From Klebsormidium nitens (taxonomy: Eukaryota; Plantae; Klebsormidiophyceae): a stretch of DNA of 64,000 bases. The stretch is taken from positions 62,001 through 126,000 of the forward strand of contig DF237143.1 of NCBI GenBank assembly GCA_000708835.1, written 5' to 3'. The translations under genes and the position numbers were made by a program. Shown piece by piece: positions 48,826 through 61,853 of the stretch (position 1 is the first letter of the stretch; the number at the start of each line of letters is the position of its first letter). Under the pieces are notes generated by a model. The model was not told the DNA's origin and did not search any database. It was given only the letters and a program-made list of their open reading frames with translations.

Positions 48826-51800
48826 ATGGAGCAGGTAAGGTGGCTTCCGACACTTCCTTGGTGGTTTTCTGTTCCTGGCATCACTTTCGCACCATGTAGA
48901 CAACTCTCCATTTCAATATCATCTGCTGATCTTTCTCGAAAATTGTTGGCGTGTGATTGTACTGAATCCCCATCATTCATCATCTGAGCATCTGAAGTTG
49001 ACACAGTGCTCTGCTCCCTTTTCTTATGTGCAGTTCGCAGAACATGAGCAGAGGGCCTTCGACGCACAGGTCGCAGAGGTCGAGAGTTGGTGGCGCAGTG
49101 ACCGATTCAGACTTGTAAGTTTATCCGTTGCCTCAGTAGACACATGACTAGCTCCTTATGGTTCCCTTGCCTTTTCAGTGAAGCTGCTCTGTTGACGATC
49201 CTGCATGCTGTTGCTCTTTCATAAGCAAGCTGCTTGGTGTCAAGTTGGGAGGTCGGAACAACCAAATGCTGCAAGGTAGTCTGACATGCTGAAAGAGAAC
49301 GTGTTCCATGGACTTGCAGGTGAAGCGGCCATACACTGCAGCTCAGGTTGTTGCTTTGAGAGGCCATCTCCGGACATCATATGCATCAGGTATGTTCCAC
49401 GGCTGTCAATTGTCTTCTTCTGCTAGTCAAGATAACGATCTTCCTTGCCATCTGCAACTCCTTCTAACAAAATGCTTCATCGCAGCCCGTTGAACACTCT
49501 TTGGTGGTTTTGAATTGCAGACGTCCAGGCAAAGAAGCTTTGGCAGATCCTGAAGCATAGACAAGCTACAAGGACATGCTCAAGGGTGAGTTCTAACCTT
49601 AGGCCAATGTTGAAGTGAACATGGGAGATGGCTGGGGCACCTTAGTGGGGCAGTTCTGATTGCATCCAATCCTATGGCAAACTAGAATCAGATGTGTCAT
49701 GCTGTCATGATTTTGAGTAAGCTGGTGGCAACCATGTTTCTGTCCAAGACACTTGTGAAGAAGTTTGCAATCTGGCTTTGCAGACATTTGGGGCCCTGGA
49801 TCCAGTCCAGGTTGCTCAGATGGGGCAGCAGGGGATCGACACTGTGTATGTCTCAGGCTGGCAGTGCAGCTCTACTGCTAGCTCCTCCAACGAGCCTGGT
49901 CCCGACTTGGCAGACTATCCATCTGACACCGTTCCCAACAAGGTGGAGCAGCTGTTCTTTGCTCAGCAGTTCCATGACAGGTGAGTTCTGCATTCTTCAG
50001 CGTTGTTTCAAGCTAGAGAAGAGTTCCAAATTGAGCTGTCTGCCAGCTAGCTGTGGTCTTTGCTATGAGCTTTGATGTACTCTGCAATTTGTAATAATCG
50101 AGTCATTGCAGAAGGGAAAGCCATTGGCGTTCGTGAGTAAGCTCTCTTAACAAGTTGATTGTTCGTGCAGGAAACAACATGAGGCTCGGTTCCAGATGAC
50201 CAAGGAGCAGCGCGCTCAGACGCCTTATGTTGACTTCCTCAACCCCATTATCGCCGATGCCGACACTGGCTTTGGTGGCATTGGAGCTGTCACAAAGCTG
50301 GCCAAGATGTTTGTGGAGCGTGGTGCTGCTGGCATCCACATTGAAGATCAGAGCACAGGTAAGACGAGCTCGATTTTACCATGTGGCTGCTCATGTTCTA
50401 TCAAGAACGGTCAGTCACTGCAGAAATGACATCTATTTTGATCAAGTGCTCAGCATGCACAGAGTTTTTGCAGAGTTTGTTCTAGGTGGTTGTTGAAGTC
50501 GATGGATGCTTCACTTCATTATCTGGTGAGTATGCTAGAAGATTAGCTTTTCGCTGATTCGCATTCTTTCTTTTCGCAGCTACAAAGAAGTGCGGCCATC
50601 TCGCTGGCAAGGTGCTTGTCTCTACCTCGGAGCATGTCAACCGCCTCAATGCCATCCGCCTGCAGTATGACATCATGGGCGTCGAGAATATCATCATCGG
50701 TAAGAGCTGGGCAGCTCATTGTCAAAGTGTTCCCTACTACTTTAGGAGTTGCTTCGTCTTTCGCTTTTCGATCTTTTCTAAAACTTTCAAGACAAAGTGC
50801 TAACACTGGAGGTTGGGGCTGTTTTTGTGTGCGATCTACCTCTTTTTTGGGGTTTTTGACCCGTCCTTAAAACGACCTGGTGTCATGTAGCTGATGAAGG
50901 AAACTGTTGTCAATCATGCAGCTCGGACTGACGCCGAGGCGGCCAATCTCATCACGACGAACATTGATGTTCGTGATCATCCCTTCATCTTGGGTGTCAC
51001 GAACCCGAAGCTCCGCGGCCACTCAGTTGTGCAGGTAGGCAGAGATTTCAGTATAGTCGGAAGTAATCTGTTGGGCGTCTGCAATTACCAAAAGGAGTTT
51101 CCTCTCCGTGAAAGCACTTCCGAGCAGGAACCTTTAGATCGTTGTTGCTATCTTTGCCAAAGTCGCCCTGCTCTTGAATATCTGTCGAATCGGCCTCGTA
51201 CAGGCTTTGTTGCACGTAATCGTGAGTCCATTTTGAAGTGTGCATCCTTTATTCCAGGCTCTTGATGACGCCGAAGCCTCTGGCAAGGTTGGGGCTGCCC
51301 TCCAGGCCGTCGACGATGCATGGATGCAATCTGCTCAGCTGAAGACGTACGGCGAAACCGTGGCTGACGCGCTCAGGGCTTCTAACATGCCCGAGGGCGA
51401 GAAGGCGCGCAAGCTGGATAGATGGCTGTCCCAGTCAGATAAGCTGTCCGTCTTCGACGCGCGCGTGCTGGCGAATGAGCTGGGCGTGGAGGTCTTCTGG
51501 GACTGGAATCTGCCCCGTACTCGCGAAGGCTTCTACCGGTTCCGTGGGAGCACCAAGGCGTGCATCGCTCGTGGCGTTGGTAAGCCCCCTGACTGCTTCC
51601 TATTCAACTGTACAAATCGCCAGGGTTTCTGTTGAGTGGGTTTGGAAGGGCCCATAATCACAGGTTTCGAGATGCAGGTGACCAGAAAGAACGTACAATC
51701 TTCGAAGAAGCCACTCGTTGTGCAGTTTTTGTTGCGAAAGGGCTGGTCATAGAGGCAGCTCATTGCTGTCTTGCGGGGTTTTTTCATACCTTGCTTGCTT

Positions 51801-52035
51801 TACCTGGCGCAGATTGTCCATCCGGAAGTGGCAGGGTTAGGATTTTCTCGACATATGTGAGTCATCACCTCAGTCGGGTCCTCGTTCATCCATTTTTCCG
51901 AAGTTTCTCAAAAGCTCCTTCCTTTCTGCAGCTTTCCAGCCGTACTGCGACATCATCTGGATGGAGACCGCCAAGCCGATTCTCAAGCAGGCCACGGAGT
52001 TCGCGCGCGGCGTCAAGAGCGTCTACCCCGAGGCC

Positions 52036-52071
<36 letters not shown>

Positions 52072-52862
52072 GACGCCGCCGGCATGACGGACGACCAGAT
52101 TCTGCACTTCAACGATGAGCTCGCCAAGGAGGGCTTCGTATGGCAGTTCATCACTCTGGCGGGCTTCCACGCGAACGCTCTGGCCATTGACAACTTCGCA
52201 AAGGACTACGCCAAGCGGGGCATGCTCGCTTACGTGGAGGACATCCAGCGGCCCGAGCGGGAGAACAAGGTGTCGACGCTGCAACATCAGAAGTGGTCCG
52301 GGGCCAACTACGTGGACTCGCTGATGAAGACGGTGACGGGCGGGATTGCCTCGACCGCAGCCATGGGCAAGGGTGAGCACTGAAATCTTTTCGATTCGTC
52401 TTTCCTTGAGGGGCCAGTGCCAAGAGGGGCCAAAGCCAAGAGTTGCTGTGGCTGGCCGCCCTGCTCTTCAGCGCAACATTTCAAATATCAATCTTAGGAT
52501 AGCTGTAATGCTGCTCGAGCTCGAGAAAAGTTGCAGTTGGTTGCAGTTGGCTCAAGTTTTCAGCGGATCGCATTCTTCTGAGAGGGGCTTCGACAGGATT
52601 ATTCTGTATAGTACGTGATTATTACGATCAGGCGAGACGTTTCGTGTTGAAATCTTCTTGTCGAGCAGCTTCACTGCCGTCTACACCGAGGAGCATCGTC
52701 TTTTTGGGATCACGAACTTCGTCGAAATTGCTGTGCCGAACATATTGCTCCCCGTATTCAGCTTCTCACCTTCTCGTTGCAGGTGTTACGGAGGACCAGT
52801 TTGCTCAAGGCCCAGTGAAGTCCGGGGGCATCCAGGTTATGATGACCCACTCGAGGATGTAA
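48826..52862 (+). CDS. ICL: Isocitrate lyase (plant/fungal long form), peroxisomal, 11 exons
   Basis: MEQ (48826-48834) spliced to [25 protein letters not shown]; [33 protein letters not shown]; [12 protein letters not shown]; IHIEDQ; [12 protein letters not shown] active-site loop; ARTDAEAA; IWMETAKP; [11 protein letters not shown]; [10 protein letters not shown]; HQKWSGANY; C-terminal SRM* is a PTS1-type signal. Confidence 0.96.
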
Positions 52863-54070
52863 TCAGGTGCTCCGCATTTTCTGGTCTCAAATATATGATG
52901 GTACGTAAGCAGGCCAATCTGCCGGTTAACATAAGTTTGTTTAGTCTAGTGAGCAAAGCGGGCACTTCAAGCGGATAGATCATTGAATGTGTAGGTTTGT
53001 TAGTCCTGTGTTTACATTGCTAAATTGATCAGAATACTGGTATATACCATACGATCATATAGCTAGGCGCTGGGGGTTTCAGGCCTTCTCAGTCGGTACT
53101 TATCCAAGTGTACGAAAACAATTACTGATTGTGCTCAGGGAAGAGAATAACCTGCAAGCGAACTTGACGTTGACGGGTATAGCTGGATAATTACCGGCTC
53201 TGCAACATTCATGCGATTTCGCGTAGTAACCAAAAGTCAACTAGGATTTGGCTCAGGGTTGAACGTTTGATTGTCAACTCGCATAAGAAAACCACAAACA
53301 AGCGCCGTATGGCCTCAAGTTCTGCCTCAGTTCATTCTTGTTTGATTGTGCTACTGCAAACAAAACGACTGAGATCGGGATGATTTTAGAAAGACTGATC
53401 AAGGCCACGCGGTCGGGGAACTGGATCACTCATATGCCTTTAAAGATTGTGTACATTTAGATGTAAACACGACGAATGGGATTCCGTGATGCATTCCTAA
53501 TATTTCTATAAAGCGGCGGCGCGTAGACCATGTCTGCACCGCGTGTGGATCGTTTAGTACACGGTGCTTGAGTCATGTGAATTCGGAATCAACGATCACA
53601 TTGAAAACTGTTCGAGACACGATTACTGCATGGCGGCAGACTCTTTAGCAAGGTGCGGCCGCGCAAGCCTGCATTGGAGATGCAAGTGCCTCAGTCCTTG
53701 CTTCTGGGATAGTTGCACACCATCGCGAAGAAGAGAGTTGACGCACTGCACGTCGCCATAGTGCATCCGCGCTCATCGGATTGAAGTCACCTGGTCCGAG
53801 GACACTTGGGCTTTTGACTATGCACACGACCACCATCAGCTCCAGCAACGCAAAGCGGCTAAAGTCTGAGCATAAATCCTGCGATCGGCCAACAGCAGCT
53901 GCTTTGAGCGCTTCAACATGGTTTAGAAAGGCCATTGACATTTTTCTAAGCTCGAATTGGAGCTAAACAGGCGACGAGAAGTCTGCTATGGGATGTAACT
54001 CAATGAAAGTGCGCGGTCTTCGAACCACTGTCCTTGTGCACAGCCGATGTCCTTTCGTGCGAGCAGCAAA

Positions 54071-57000
54071 TCACGTTTGCGCCGCCCGTTCCTGAGCTTT
54101 CTGAAGGCGCGCCGTGTGCAGCAGATGTCGGGCCTGCAAGGTAGCGCTGATTCAATTCAGCACGTCACGCTACTAGACGGTCTTCCTTGGAGAATACTCC
54201 GGATGGATTTCAAGAACGCGTACCCAATTCGCCCAGCAAGAATCCCACTTGGATTGTAAGACTACATTGCGTAGACAACGAACCTGGGACTTAATTGTTT
54301 GTCGAAATTTATGTCTAGGAAAGCGGCATCCAGTGTCAAGAACGGTCAGAACGAGGAGAGGCCACTAGGATGTGTACGTTACTGCTTATGAAAGTGCTGG
54401 CAGAGCTCCGGGAGTCCACTGTCGAATCAATCCACCAGATGAACATGGGAGAACTCTGGCAGCATCTCTTAGAAGTTGCTGAGTTCTGAGAGATCGCGAG
54501 CAAGAAATACGTCGGCGCGCGCTTACCATCGCCTCTGCCGGGTCGTCTGCGCGCGCGCGCGCGGCGTGCAGCATCGCCTGCAGGACGGCGGGCATCACCG
54601 TGCTCGCGAGCCACGCCTGGATGCCCGCACTGCGCTGCTCCAGAGTCGCGCGCGGTTTTGGGGCCAGCCCGGGCTCCGGTTCCGGCAGGACCTGCGCGAG
54701 GCGCGCGCAAAATCAGGCGCAGGAAGTTTGACGTGCGCGTTCAGAACCATGCAACTTATCGAGAAGCGATGCCGTTCCCGCTTCAGAACCTTCGCTGACG
54801 GTAGAATATTAGGATCAAGAGCCACACACATGACTGCAAAAAGCTGCCAACGTCACGCATTGTCCTAGCATCAGCTTTCGAGAGGAGGCCCTTGAGACGC
54901 GTGATGCGACTCTGTGATTGCACAGTGATCGCCTCCCTCAATATTGCGTTCCAGCATTTCATTAAGCAGCGATTTCGAAGGTCTTACTGTTGCCGAATCC
55001 GAGCTCTGAACGGCAGCCGCTTCCTCGGTCCCCTCAGGAGACGCGATCGGCTCGTCGCTTGTCTCCACGTCCTGCCCCTGTACCGCCAAAGACGTACTTT
55101 CATCTGTTACTGAAGTCGCTCCATGAAAGGTTACGGTGCCTCTGTTATCGCAGTCCTCATTGACCCGTTGGAAAAATAAAAGGCTCGATAGAGGCAGAAA
55201 GCAGAGGTTTTCAATGAAGACGCGAAACCTACTTCCAGTAAAACTGGCTCGTAAGTGTCAAGGGAGGGTGCAACTCGCAAAATTTGGAACCCTGTAGACG
55301 AAACAAACGGGTGCATCGTATGGAGATCTTGGCGGCAGCAGGCGACCAGACGTATGAAGAGACGTCAAAGTATGAGCGGTTTGAGCGAAGAGATATTGTA
55401 TAAAACGTCGCCTCAATCAATGACATCAAATTGTTTGATTTAGCGAGATGACTTGCGTTCAACCAGAACAGCCTTCCGACTACCAAATGTATGCTCCAAT
55501 TACTGAACACTGTACTGTACTTGACGGGTCGTATACTTTTCTCGGAAGAGAAGGGTAAATGGAGACCACATCTTCTCTAACACCCAAAGGTTTTCCTCAG
55601 GAATTCATTTCGAGGGCACAAAGGGGAAAGCTGGCATGCAAAAGAGCGTCCTGAAAAATTCTTTACATGCTCTTGTGATCCCTGCTCCTGTGGTGCCGGC
55701 TCCGGTTCCGTCCGCTCGACGGGCTGCGGCTTCCGCTTGCTTCCGGCATACCTCTCCGGTGGCCCAAGCGCTGCCCTAACCCTCCCGATGACCATTTCTA
55801 AACCCATTCCAGTCGGTTCCACTTTCGGGACCGGCGTTCTAGCTTTCTCAACGTTTCCGCCCGTCCGTTCAATTCCGCTCGAGGACGCTCCGCTTGGCGG
55901 CCTCGTTCCCGGCGACGGAAGTCCTCCGCTGTGTGCTGACGGCGATTTTGGCGTTCCCAGTCTGGAGCCCGCTGACGTCATTCCAGGCGTCCCTGCTTTG
56001 GGAGACTTTAGCGTTTCACTTCCCGCGACGCTCTCTCGTTCCAATGCCTCGTCGACCGGCATCGTTCCGCTGAGGCCATCGCCCAAGCTTCCGGCGCTTC
56101 CGGCGGACCTCGTGTTCCGGTCGCTTCCAGCGGAACCAATGTTCCGCTCGCTTCCTACAGAGCCAATCTTGTCGCTTCCAGCGGAGACGGTGTTCCGGTC
56201 GCTTCCTGCCGAACGGTTAGGCCGGTCACTTCCGGCGGAATGAGTGTTCCGGTCGCTCGCAACGGAACGCTCGGTCTGGGCTGTCATGGGCCTCTCCGGA
56301 ATCTCCGCTTGGTCTATCTCGAGAATCGAAGCCCCCGCCGTTCTGACGCTCTCCAAGATTCCCTCCAGTTCAGGCAACACCGCCTCGTTGTAAACGGAGA
56401 TCCGCCGCGCAAACTCCGTTCCGACGTTGTGCGTTCCGGCCCGCTCCTTCTCCGGAATCGCCGCAATGCGCGCCGCCAGGATCTCGTCCGTCGCTTTCAG
56501 AAGCACCGACCAGTCGAGCTTCACCTTCCACTGCTCTTTCTTGGGCGCACCGCTCGTTCCAGTCTCCGCTTCCGGGGCGGCTTCCGGCGGAAGCGGCGGC
56601 TGCACTTCCTTGGAGGACATCATTCGGATCAGCGGGCTGGCTCTTCGGCCCGCGGCCTTAGGCGCTGCCTCCGTTTTGTCGTCGGTCGGTTTTATGGAGC
56701 TAACACGCTTTGCGGATGGGCGAGAGGCTTCCGGTTCCGGTGGCTCCGGCGTCCGGCTGGCTTCGCTCCGGACGGGTTCGTCTGAGCGGAAGACGAAGCG
56801 GACATCAAGGGGAATGATAATTTGTGGAGGCAAAAGAGCTGGCGCTTTTGCTGATAAACACTTGAAAGCTCGCAAGATTACCAAAAACACGGTGTGCTAG
56901 AAGGCTACAAACGACGCGCACCCTCACCCGCGAAGAGAAGCTGCGTCTGCGCCAACGTCTTCGGGAAACCGTCCAGGATGAAGCCGTTCCGCCGGCATTC

Positions 57001-60000
57001 CGGGCCCAGTTTACCGGACGTCAGGTAGCCGCGGACGGCTTGAACTAGGAGAGCGTCCGAAAGACGAGGCCTCTTCGGTTCGGGTGACGGGGCAACCGGT
57101 TGGCCCTTTTTGGGCTTTGGTTCGGGGACCGGGGGAGGGGGAGCGAGGGCGGCGGAGGCGGACTGCCTTAGAACCGGGTCTTCGCACTGCAAGCGGGAGC
57201 GAGTGTTGAGAAACTCGCGAAGTCGGTAAGAGCGGACTGTTTTGAAATGAAGGCTTGTTCAGAAAAGGCGAATAGCAGGCCCCTCGAAAGCGACTGTGTC
57301 AGTAAGCTGAGACAGATAGGTAGTAAAAGACCTTGCGCGTTTGGACCGAGTAAGGTCAAGCACAGCAAAGCTTGACCGCGGTGTGTAGCCTATTCCAGTT
57401 AAGTCTAAGCTTTATAATTCTCAAATATACCAGAATCACCAAAATTCGCCAAAGCTTGATTGACTGGAGGGGTTCACTTCTATCCTTCCATATGAAAATC
57501 ACAATGACCCGGCGAACGCAAGCCCACTTATCTCGCCTCAGGTTTTTGGAACATAATCCTGAATACGTCTGTCTTCAAAACCCGGGGAAGTTGTTCGCTC
57601 CTCACGGTCCCCCTTGACTCGCTTCTCTGTTGTTAATTTCCAATTTAATTTCAAGAGTTTTGATTTGAGACGTGAACTTGCCTACCTCTTCAAGGGCCCA
57701 CTTGATGACCGCGGGCACCGAAAGGACGTCGACGCCGTACTCCTGTGCGAGCGCGCGCGCAAGCGCGCTTTTTCCGGCCGCGGGGGGGCCGTGGAGCGAC
57801 ACGCGAAGGGGGGCGAGGCCACGACGGTCCAGAAAGTCGCGGGCAAGCCTGGCCACGTAGGGAAGGGGACCGTCCTGTGTGGAGAAAATGGGGGAATGTT
57901 TGGAGAAAGATAGTGTGGGGAGTGTTCTTACTGAGCGATGAGAAGTGAGTCCTTCGAAGAATGTCCTTCTAGGGGAAGGGATAGAGAGATACTGTGCGAG
58001 AGACTGGCCACGCGGGAGGTCGCCGTCTTATGGAGCGAATATGGGGGGCTGACTCAGGAAAGCACGTTTTGAAGAACGTTCGGTGGAGGAGAGAAAAAAG
58101 GTCGGAAGATTGCGCCTCGGGAGATGGAGAAGAACCAGGTTGGCGCGGGGGGAGGGAGCCTTGTAAGGAGCGGGAAAGGATGGAGGTTTCTATTCGGAGA
58201 CCGAGCACTGCCACTGGATCAGTTCTTTGATGGGCTGGGCTCACGGAGCAAGAAAGGGCGTGTCTCACCTTAAAGCGCCACGTCATCTCCTCGAGGGGCG
58301 TCGCTTGCATCGGCAGGTTGAGGAGCAGGCTGGGCTCGACTCTCCTGTTGGACAGCCACATCTCCTCCACGGACATCCGCCGGACGTCCGCACCAAAGTG
58401 GGCAGCGACGCCCTGCACGGAAAGTCACGTCCGAAGTTCTTAGTTGTACAGTTCAGCTCTGACTCTGGATCTGGAGACGCAGGCACTGTTCTGAAAGCGA
58501 GCCGCAATTCAGGCAAAGACCTGTAAGGGTCAAGGCTCCTTATGGACGTAGTGGGCAAGCTGGGGTCCGTTTGCTATCATCAGAAGGCGTTTACCAGCCA
58601 TCCTAAGTACAGGTAGGCCACGAGAGGCTTCTGATTACATCTGGCCCCCTAAGACAAAGCGATCCGTGGCGTCGTCCTTTGCTAGCCAGCTGACTGAGAA
58701 TCAGGCGAAAAGCGCAAATGCATCATACGAATGCTGTCGACCTCATCATAGTATTTGATAGGGGAAAGGAGATGACATGAGCGACTCACAGGATGTTTAG
58801 AAAGGACATCTCAATGGGCACAGAGGAGATGGAAGAGCTGGACTGCTGGCTCGATAAGTAACAACACGCCAGGATGACTCGTGAAGGCGAAAGCAAGAGA
58901 CAGCAGGTGTGGAATGGAAACAAATCTGGAGCATAGTCACAGAAGAAGACAAAAAATGGGATCACGAGGGAGAGCTTGCCGTACTTCGACCAATGCTTGC
59001 TGCGTGCAGCGCGCCTCGTCCACAGCCAACAGGTGCTGCTGAGGTGGCAGTGTGACTGCCACGTGTTTGATGAAGGTCGCCAGGTCGGACACGTGTATGG
59101 TTGGCAGGACGTTGTCTCCGAAGCCGTACACAGTGGGACCCTCCCCTGACCAGGAGTCCTGCGTTTAGAAACAGTATCTGTCTGCCGGCTGATCTTCCTT
59201 GGAGCCTCCGGTGGCTGTAGCTCTCAATGGTATTTTGCATATGTGCATGGGTACCCGTGTTGATATATCTGACAAGTTTAATCTCTCTTGCTGGTCACAA
59301 TTTCCTTATGGTACCTTTTCTCTCGCAACGGACCCAAAAGCCGGCTTGCCGAAATTGCGTTCACACACAACGAGAACGTGCAGATCAAAGTGCATCAGAG
59401 GCCAGCAAGAATGTGACGCTGCGCTGCTTGCTTGCATTTGCATTACTGCCCCCTTAAGGACCTTTCGAAAAGTTTGTCAGCCACTCTCACACCCCCGTAA
59501 AAAGCGGTATCTTACCCGGAACACACTCTCCAAGGCCCTTTCTCCTCCTCCATACTGAACCCCGGGCCAGACGACGTACGTCCTAAGCAGGCCCTGTTTC
59601 TGTGCTCGTGTGACCCTTCTCTCAGCTTCTAGAAGGTCGCCGTATTGGGGATGGGGCCTTCTCCGCGGCTCGTCCGCTGTAGAGCATGGCTCTTCCATAT
59701 CCACGCGCAAGCGAGCCCATGTCAAGATGTCGGAGACGGCAATGAAGACTGTCTCCTTTCCTTGGGGGCCAGCTTTCAAGACTGGGGAAATTCGAAAAGA
59801 TTTTTTCAGAGTGCAGTGGCCATACTACAAACAATGCTTTGGGCTTTGAGTATAGGCCTGTTGCCTGTGATGCTTTTGCGCGACTCTGTGGTGGTGGTTT
59901 GTGGTTCTTCGGCGTCAGTTTCTGAGTTGACCCAAGCTCATGAAGGTCGAAGTTGGCTTTACTGAAAGAGCCACAGATGCAAATGTTTGCACGTTCTGTG

Positions 60001-60649
60001 CACCACTTCTCTAGTGCACTGATTGTTCCAACCAGTATGAAAGCTGCAACTGTCCAGGTCAAAGAGACAGAAGCCTTTGTTTGATTGCAAAGCACACTTC
60101 ATGCATATTTGCCATGCTTGCGGACACTGTTCTCTTGCCAGCTGTCAAAAGTAAGTCGTCAGAAAGTGTAAGGGTGGGGCAGCTCTTATGCCGGGCCTTC
60201 AAGCCCGTACACCAACAGCCCCTGGTAAACAACCACCCATTAAAGCTACATTGACAACGGCCATCAGCTTTTGGCCAACTCGCCATGCATCCTTATTGCT
60301 AAAGTTACGCAGCCTATACTTTTGTGCTATGTACACCATTCGAATGCCAAGACGCACCTCGAAGGACGTCAGCAAATTCTTCTCTTTCGCTCTCAGTCTG
60401 CCTGAGCTGATGAAGGATGATGTCAGCACCCCTGAGTGCTCGCAGCTCTTCGTCATTGAAACGTGCCTCCGCGGTATCTAGATTCACGGCGGCTGTATTT
60501 GGCAAGCTCTGCAGAGTCTGTTGAGGTTCAGTGAATGTGGAAGAAGGGAACACGACCTGTAGGTCAAATTCGCTGCCAGCTCTTAGCTCTTCTAAGAGGC
60601 AGTCGTGGAGAGGCTGCTCAAAGGCGCCCCACAGCATGAGGGACTTCAT
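54071..60649 (-). CDS. AK7: Adenylate kinase 7-like flagellar/ciliary protein (NAD-binding-like N-terminus, AK domain, C-terminal Dpy-30 motif), with long low-complexity insertions
   Basis: VFIAVSDILTWAR..RRRPHPQY..LEAERRV..TYVVWPGVQYG; YGFGDNVLPTIHVSDLA..LLAVDE; P-loop LRVSLHGPPAAGKS; CRRNGFILDGFPKTLAQTQLLF; LKATDEILAARIAAIPEKERAGTHN; Dpy-30-like IQAWLASTVMPAVLQAMLHAARARADDPAEAMARHLL; stop at 54071-54073. Confidence 0.85.
56096..56254 (-). repeat. Coding minisatellite in AK7: six units (five of 27 bp, one of 24 bp) encoding RxxxSAGSD
   Basis: Translation RNTHSAGSD RPNRSAGSD RNTVSAGSD KIGSVGSE RNIGSAGSD RNTRSAGSA; forward unit about GCTTCCGGCGGACCTCGTGTTCCGGTC. Confidence 0.85.
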
Positions 60650-61853
60650 GGTTGCCTTCTATCGGATCCTACCGATGGTAGTACTAGAAGGCGCTAAAAA
60701 TTGGCCTCTGCATGAGCTTTCTGGAGCTTTGAAGCTTGCGGCTTCGACTTCAAGAAGCTTGCGGGAAGACAAGCGAGCCAAAACGAGTGAAGCAGTTCTC
60801 AGTCTGGATTTTCAGTCATCTGCGCGAAAGATGGTTGTCCCAACGAAAGGTCTTTTGTGCGCGCGAGCAATGTAGACTGTTCTGGCCGTCCGATGAAAAC
60901 TTTTGTAGCATCTGAACGGCAGAGATTGACCGTGCGGTTAGTGATTGTATAGCTCACTCGCGCAGGCAGGCTGATTTGCTGCGGAGAAGAATGTTGCCTT
61001 GCGCTAGCTAGTTGAATTATCCATCCAAGAATTTAGAAAGCCCATATTATTCAAATTCGTGTGGCGCTCTTCTGAGTTACGGGCCAAGGTGACGGAGGAA
61101 AGAGCACCTTGTTTTCGTGCATGTTCATGCATTGCTGGGGTTGCTGCGCTGAAGCAGACTCTGCGCAGCATGGATTGTCACCAATTTTGGGATTGAGCAG
61201 TGGTTGCTACTTTATTTGCAATGCCTAGCCGTGCGCTTTGGATCGTGACAGACACTCGCGCCATGGCCCTGGGCATGTAGCAATGATGGTCCAAGAAGGA
61301 AGACTGAGCCAACGTGCATTGTGACTGTTGGTGCTTCTTGCCTTTGGATCTAGCCCATGCGGGTATCCTTGAGAAAGCCTCATATAGCGGGAATCACGGT
61401 GTTGAAGCCAATTGAGCACCAAGGTAAGCATTGCAAAAGCGTGCTCCCGAGATCAAGTTTCTAGGGTGTAAAGATGACCTAATGCCCCCACATTGCCTTG
61501 TTCAAGTTGCAATTATTGATTAGTCTTTTGGGGCCGTGACTCTTTCTGATAATGATCAACCTCATAAGCTGGAGCGCTGGATACAAAGCACGAAACTCCA
61601 GACCAATCGACAAGCTATGGCCGTCATATCAGGGGTTTTCTAGGGTTTCTGCCCTGTCTTTGTTGAAAAGCTCCTGTTCTTATCTTCTTCTACATGTGTC
61701 ATTGTATGTAGCTTAGGACTGTGTTCGTTTTTACTACCTTCCATGCAAGGCGCACTTGGCTTGCTTATAGCCACACCACCTTCTCAACTGCGCTCTCAGA
61801 AGTGAACTCAACTTTGTAGTGCAGGAAACCGGTGGCCAAAGCGACAAGCCAGG

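Noticed and set aside
56096-56254. Regular 27-bp repeats as a possible CRISPR array
   Set aside because: No unique spacers, units are codon multiples within an open exon, and no cas genes are present; it is a coding minisatellite.
51886-56900. Long ORFs opposite ICL (51886-52380) and AK7 (55737-56900)
   Set aside because: Antisense shadows of GC3-rich coding exons.
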